Of a stretch of 42,397 nt of DNA, positions 38,000 to 42,397 are shown piece after piece. Within the stretch, counting starts at the first letter, position 1. Every line of letters begins with the position of its first letter. The stretch lies in the NCBI RefSeq assembly GCF_001194135.2, contig NC_068993.1, positions 12,835,153-12,877,549 of the forward strand, in the 5' to 3' direction. The notes beneath the pieces are model-generated. The model did no database searches, was not told the DNA's origin, and was given only the letters and a program-made list of their open reading frames with translations. A program made the translations under genes and the position numbers. The stretch comes from Octopus bimaculoides. Taxonomy: Eukaryota.

Positions 38000-38207
38000 C
38001 GTAGGGCGGCGAGCTGGCGGAATAGTTAGCACGCCGGGCGAAATGCTTAGCGGTATTTCATCTGCCGTTACGTTCTGAGTTCAAATTCCGTCGAAGTTGA
38101 CTTTGCTTCTTGGAGTCGATAAATTAAGTACCCGTTGCTTACTGGATCGATCTAATCGACAGTCCTCTTCCCTAAAAATTTCAGACCTTGTGCCTAGACT
38201 AGAAAAG
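38000..38207 (+). mobile_element. SINE family A, full-length with 14-bp TSD
   Basis: Identical aatattttgataac at 37986-37999 and 38208-38221 brackets the element. Confidence 0.93.
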
Positions 38208-38265
38208 AATATTTTGATAACTTTAGCTATTAATATATTTACATTCAGAGAGAGAGATATATATA

Positions 38266-38408
38266 ACGAGCTTCCATGCTGTTGACCTACATTGAGTTGA
38301 CACACAAGGCGTTGGTACGCTCGGGTCTATAGTAAATTTGTCCTGGACGCAAGATGTAGTGCCGGAACTAAACCACGTTGCTGCGAAGCGAAATTTTTAT
38401 CCACAATC
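38266..38408 (-). mobile_element. SINE family B head, inverted and degenerate
   Basis: Reverse complement 'gtggataaaaatttcgcttcgcagcaacgtggtttagttccggcactac..actatagacccgagcg.accaacgccttgtgtg' is colinear with 32323-32450. Confidence 0.7.
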
Positions 38409-38729
38409 CTCTTATATGTGTGTGTGTTTACCCCTGAGTATTAGATGCCTGATGTAAATCTAAAATAATGTAATATGCAACTTATGAAAAAGTTTACGCA
38501 TAAATTATACCTGAGTAATGCAAACATGAATATTGAATCTCATCTTTATCCCAAATGTAGTGTGATTTGTTTCCTTTAATCATGTGTCAGTGAGGGAAAC
38601 CTACTGTTCATATAACAGTCATATGAAGTTTCTCCTTTGTCTATGGACGATGACAGCAGTGTTTATTGTTTTATGAGAGTACTTTTGGCTTATGGATTGT
38701 ATTTCTCTGTGGGTAAGACAGTTGCATAG

Positions 38730-39009
38730 AAAACAAATAGAATAAAGCTATCCAGGAATATCTGGGCTCTGAAAGAACATCCTACTGATTTAATATTACT
38801 TTGAAAACACCTCGACTGATGTAGGATATAGGAAATTGCACAAAGCGTTGCAGTATATGTATAGCTGAGAAGAGACTCATATTTAAAGAAAGTTCATGAA
38901 AACTGCAAATATTGTTAAAAAAAAAAAATTGATGATCAGTTGTTACTAAATATCGCCACTTAGAAAGTATTTCCTTAAACACTTGAAAATCACACCACAA
39001 CCTGATTGA
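38730..39009 (+). mobile_element. Penelope-like retroelement remnant: decayed GIY-YIG endonuclease C-terminal region
   Basis: Manual translation across stops and frameshifts gives ..KLSRNIWALKEHPTD..*KHLD../..NCTKRCSICIAEKRLIFKESS*KLQILLKKKN**SVVTKYRHL/RKYFLKHLKITPQPD*. This fits the recalled pattern LSKYIWxLK..WxI..KRCxLCLxEKxxI..LLNKRxE.VxKCRH..K[FY]xL of invertebrate Penelope-like elements. Confidence 0.72.
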
Positions 39010-39397
39010 ATCCCTTATTGCTTAACCTTATACGATGAATAATGATTTTCTCTACATCCATCTGTTTTAGCTCACTAATAAACCTTCCGAGGTCTCGATA
39101 CGAAATATTTATACTTAACTCAATCGTTCTATATTTCAAAATGTTAACTTTCCCCACATAAATAACAAAGCCGTCTTTCATCTTCCAATTTACCCAGTCC
39201 TCGTCACATACATTTTCTTTCTGTGTTACATTTACATAGATTTTAAAACCTACAAATTCGTTAGATTTATTAACAGAGAGAAATGATTCAACCAACAATA
39301 TTTATTGTTATGGCCTTTCTTGTTTTAATTTTAGCCTAAATACCGTAGTGAAAACTATGCATAATAATTCATATCAGCGACAGATATTTTCAAATGG

Positions 39398-39448
39398 TTT
39401 GATGTCTGATGAACGCTTGTCATAATTTGAACGGGAAACTTGAAGCTA
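39398..39448 (+). ncRNA. Degenerate hammerhead ribozyme-like motif in the presumed 3' region of the Penelope-like remnant
   Basis: CTGATGA at about 39406, then 22 nt, then GAAA-CTT-g-AAG (quasi-palindromic stem III). U16.1 is replaced by C and stem II is poor, so it is probably inactive. Confidence 0.35.
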
Positions 39449-39705
39449 TAATCTATTATCCCTAACAGGTTGTTGTTGTTGTTGTTGTTGTTGTTCATCT
39501 TCTTCTTCTTTTCCTTATCCCTATTGTTATCCTTGTCGTTTTTGTTGTTGTTCTTATTTTATTATTATTATTATCATTATTATTTACCATCATCATTATT
39601 GTTATATTATTATTATTGTTTTTATTATCATTATGTTTGTTATCATTATGTAAGCACGAAGACACACACACACACACACACGCACACACACACACGCACA
39701 TAGAT

Positions 39706-39740
<35 letters not shown>

Positions 39741-40623
39741 CCACGTTATGGTTGTATGTCTTTATATGTGTTATTCTTTCTCCCTGTCTCATATATATGT
39801 ATGTATAATCGTACATATATTAGAGTACATACGTACATACATATATACATACATACATACATACATAACGTCTTCCTCTCATTTATAATTGACATCTTTA
39901 CTGCGTGATTAGGCGGAAACATTATATTACTTTTCTTTGAAAATATCTGAGAACAAATCATGCGTGAAACCTCTGTAACATCCTTATCATCTGATCGTCC
40001 TTTTAATCATCATTATATCGTCATTTTTTTCATTATCATTACCATCATTATAGTTAAGGCCATCATCAGCATCGTCATCATCATGGACGTCGTCGACGTC
40101 ATAATCGTTGTAATCATCATCATATTCATTGCCGTGGTCACCGTCGGCTTCATAATTATCTTCTTGCTCGTCGTCTTCGTCTTCATATTCACACCATCAC
40201 CATTATCATCATCAGCATCATTATCGTCGTCGTCGTCATCACGTTCCCAATGAAAACTCATCACCTTCGTCACTATTATCAGCATTATAATTAGCAATCA
40301 TAAGCATCATTTTGATGATTAAGAACATATATATCAACTTCATCATTAAGAATATATCACCACCATCATAATTAAAATCATCATTAGAAACGTCATCGTC
40401 GCCGTCGTGACTTCAACAGCGTCGTTGACATCATCATTACCCTACATCCCGATTGACCAAGCTCCTATAATCACACAGTCATTTGCATTTTTATCAGTCG
40501 AGCACTAATCACTTCGATCAGTATTAATTAGGGGGACAATTCATTACCATCTGCTGAGTTAGTAGTTATTACTAATTATTACTAATTAGAAAAGAGCTGT
40601 AACATTACTACTACTACTGCGAC

Positions 40624-40770
40624 AGGTGGTGGATTAGCAGAACCTTTAGGGCATTGGAAAATATGCTTTGTTGTATTTATTCCAGCTCTTTACATTCTGA
40701 GTTCAAATCCCGCCTAGGTCAGGTTTAACTTTTATGTCTCCGAGCTTGACAAAATTAAGTATCAAGTACC
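40624..40770 (+). mobile_element. SINE family A, degenerate and 3'-truncated
   Basis: 'tttacattctgagttcaaatcccgcctaggtc..gacaaaattaagta'. Confidence 0.7.
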
Positions 40771-41330
40771 CAACCGAGAACTAAAAAAACATTATTGCAT
40801 CTACTGTTGCAGTTGATATCATTGATGTTATTCATATCACTACTACTACTACTACTAACACTATTAGTGGTTATTTGACTTTCATCCTGTTGAATTGAAA
40901 TATTCAGGTGAAAAACAACGTTTTCGCGTTGCAGATAGACTGCAAGACTTTTATGTAATTTATCATTTTCGCATAATATTGCAGCATCACTCACTTCCTA
41001 TGTGTGTGCACACATACACAAATGCATGTACGTATATATGCAGCTTGCTTCGAATGTAGGAACCGTGATACGTGTTCACCATTTTTAATAGAAACGTTTA
41101 ATAAATGTACACTTATTTTGTTCTTAAGGCTGTATTTTTGTTACTAAGTTCTTCTTTAATTGTAAATTTCTCCTACATATGAAATGTTTCTGAACCAATC
41201 AATCACTTTTCTGTGTGCCGCATTCTGTATAACAACTATGTTAACTTATTTGAGTTATTTCCCCTTTTTTATTGTACATATTATTGTTCATATGCGTGTG
41301 TCCGTTGTTATTGTACATAATATTGTTCAC

Positions 41331-41545
41331 ATGGCTCCGGGTTCATCTCACTGTGTGGCACCTTGGGCCGACCAAATCTTTGTGAATGGATTAGATTTGG
41401 TAGACGGAAATTGGAAGAAGCCCGTTGTAAATAAAATAATATATAATTATATGCATATATCCATACATATATGTGCATACCTACAGCTATATGTACACAC
41501 ACATGCAAACACACACACACACACACACACACATATGTATGTGTG

Positions 41546-41593
<48 letters not shown>

Positions 41594-41781
41594 CTCGTAT
41601 ATGTGTGTATGTGTTTTTGTGTCTGTGTTTACATCACCGTAACTTAGCGTTTCGGCAAAAGAAACCGATAGAATAATTACTAGGCTTACAAAGAATAATT
41701 CCTGGGGTCGATTTGCTCGACTAAACGCGGTGCTCCAGTATGGTCGCAGTTAATTGACTGAAACAAGTAAGAGAATAAAAG
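41331..41781 (+). mobile_element. SINE family B with an expanded internal microsatellite
   Basis: Head/body 'ggctccgggttcatctcactgtgtggcaccttgggccgaccaaatctttgtgaatgga..ggtagacggaaattggaagaagcccgt', then about 190 nt of (CA)/(TA)/(TG), then the standard tail. Confidence 0.9.
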
Positions 41782-42124
41782 TGTATGTGTTGTATGTATG
41801 TATGTATGCGTAGATGAATAGAAATAAATTTAAATATTTTAGAACATCAGTGATTGAAGTAAGAATGTAAACACGTTCTTTCTATTGTAATTCTGTGCGA
41901 AAAGAAAAACGAAAACGAAGCGCTAGGAGTTCTCTGACGATCTAATTCACGGTTTGCTGACCGTTTCTCAGAGAAGACATATTTTGCTTTATTTCCGAAT
42001 CAATAAACATACTGCGCTCAACTGCCATACAGATTCATAAATTTAGTTAGCCCTCCCCCACCCACTCACCCACACACATTTGAAAGTTGATCAAAAATTT
42101 ACGGTGGGAATGTGTGTATGTGTA

Positions 42125-42197
42125 TGTTTATATAAATGAAAATTGATCATGAATTTGAGGGGTGTATATGTGTGTGTGTGTATATATATAATGTACA

Positions 42198-42234
<37 letters not shown>

Positions 42235-42397
42235 GTATATACATATATAGATATGTATATACATATATATAGATATGTATATACATATATATACATATAT
42301 ATATATGTATATACATATATATATATGTATATACATATATATATATATGTATATACATATATATATATATGTATATACATATATATATATATGTATA
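42125..42397. repeat. (TG)n/(TA)n compound array and 'atatgtatatacatatatat' minisatellite running off the window end
   Basis: Directly visible. Confidence 0.92.

Noticed and set aside
38990-39298. 102-aa minus-strand ORF with ordinary-looking composition
   Set aside because: It has a TTG start and no motif, and it lies antisense to the presumed non-coding 3' region of the Penelope-like remnant.

Overview
This is eukaryotic, AT-rich, repeat-saturated DNA from a draft assembly with six N gaps. The tRNA-derived SINE families and microsatellite load point to an octopus or other coleoid cephalopod genome; this is inferred from recalled repeat sequences, not from a database search. It looks like a large intron or intergenic region. 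No intact, recognisable protein-coding gene, rRNA, tRNA gene or CRISPR array can be supported, and nearly every ORF in the track is translated microsatellite. The window holds many SINE copies from at least four families, two with clear 13-14 bp target-site duplications, plus a Tc1/mariner MITE and a hAT-type MITE. Two decayed retroelement coding remnants are invisible in the ORF track because of stops and frameshifts. The first is a minus-strand non-LTR (RTE-like) ORF2 C-terminus with three consecutive C2H2 zinc fingers (4047-4460). The second is a Penelope-like GIY-YIG C-terminus (38730-39009) with a degenerate hammerhead ribozyme motif about 400 nt downstream. Also worth checking: a near-intact minimal hammerhead-like core (2422-2476), a pre-miRNA-like hairpin (5012-5086), an inverted SINE pair that could form ADAR substrate, and several low-confidence candidate exons and cis-regulatory clusters. 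I did not find convincing evidence of a wholly new multi-gene system.
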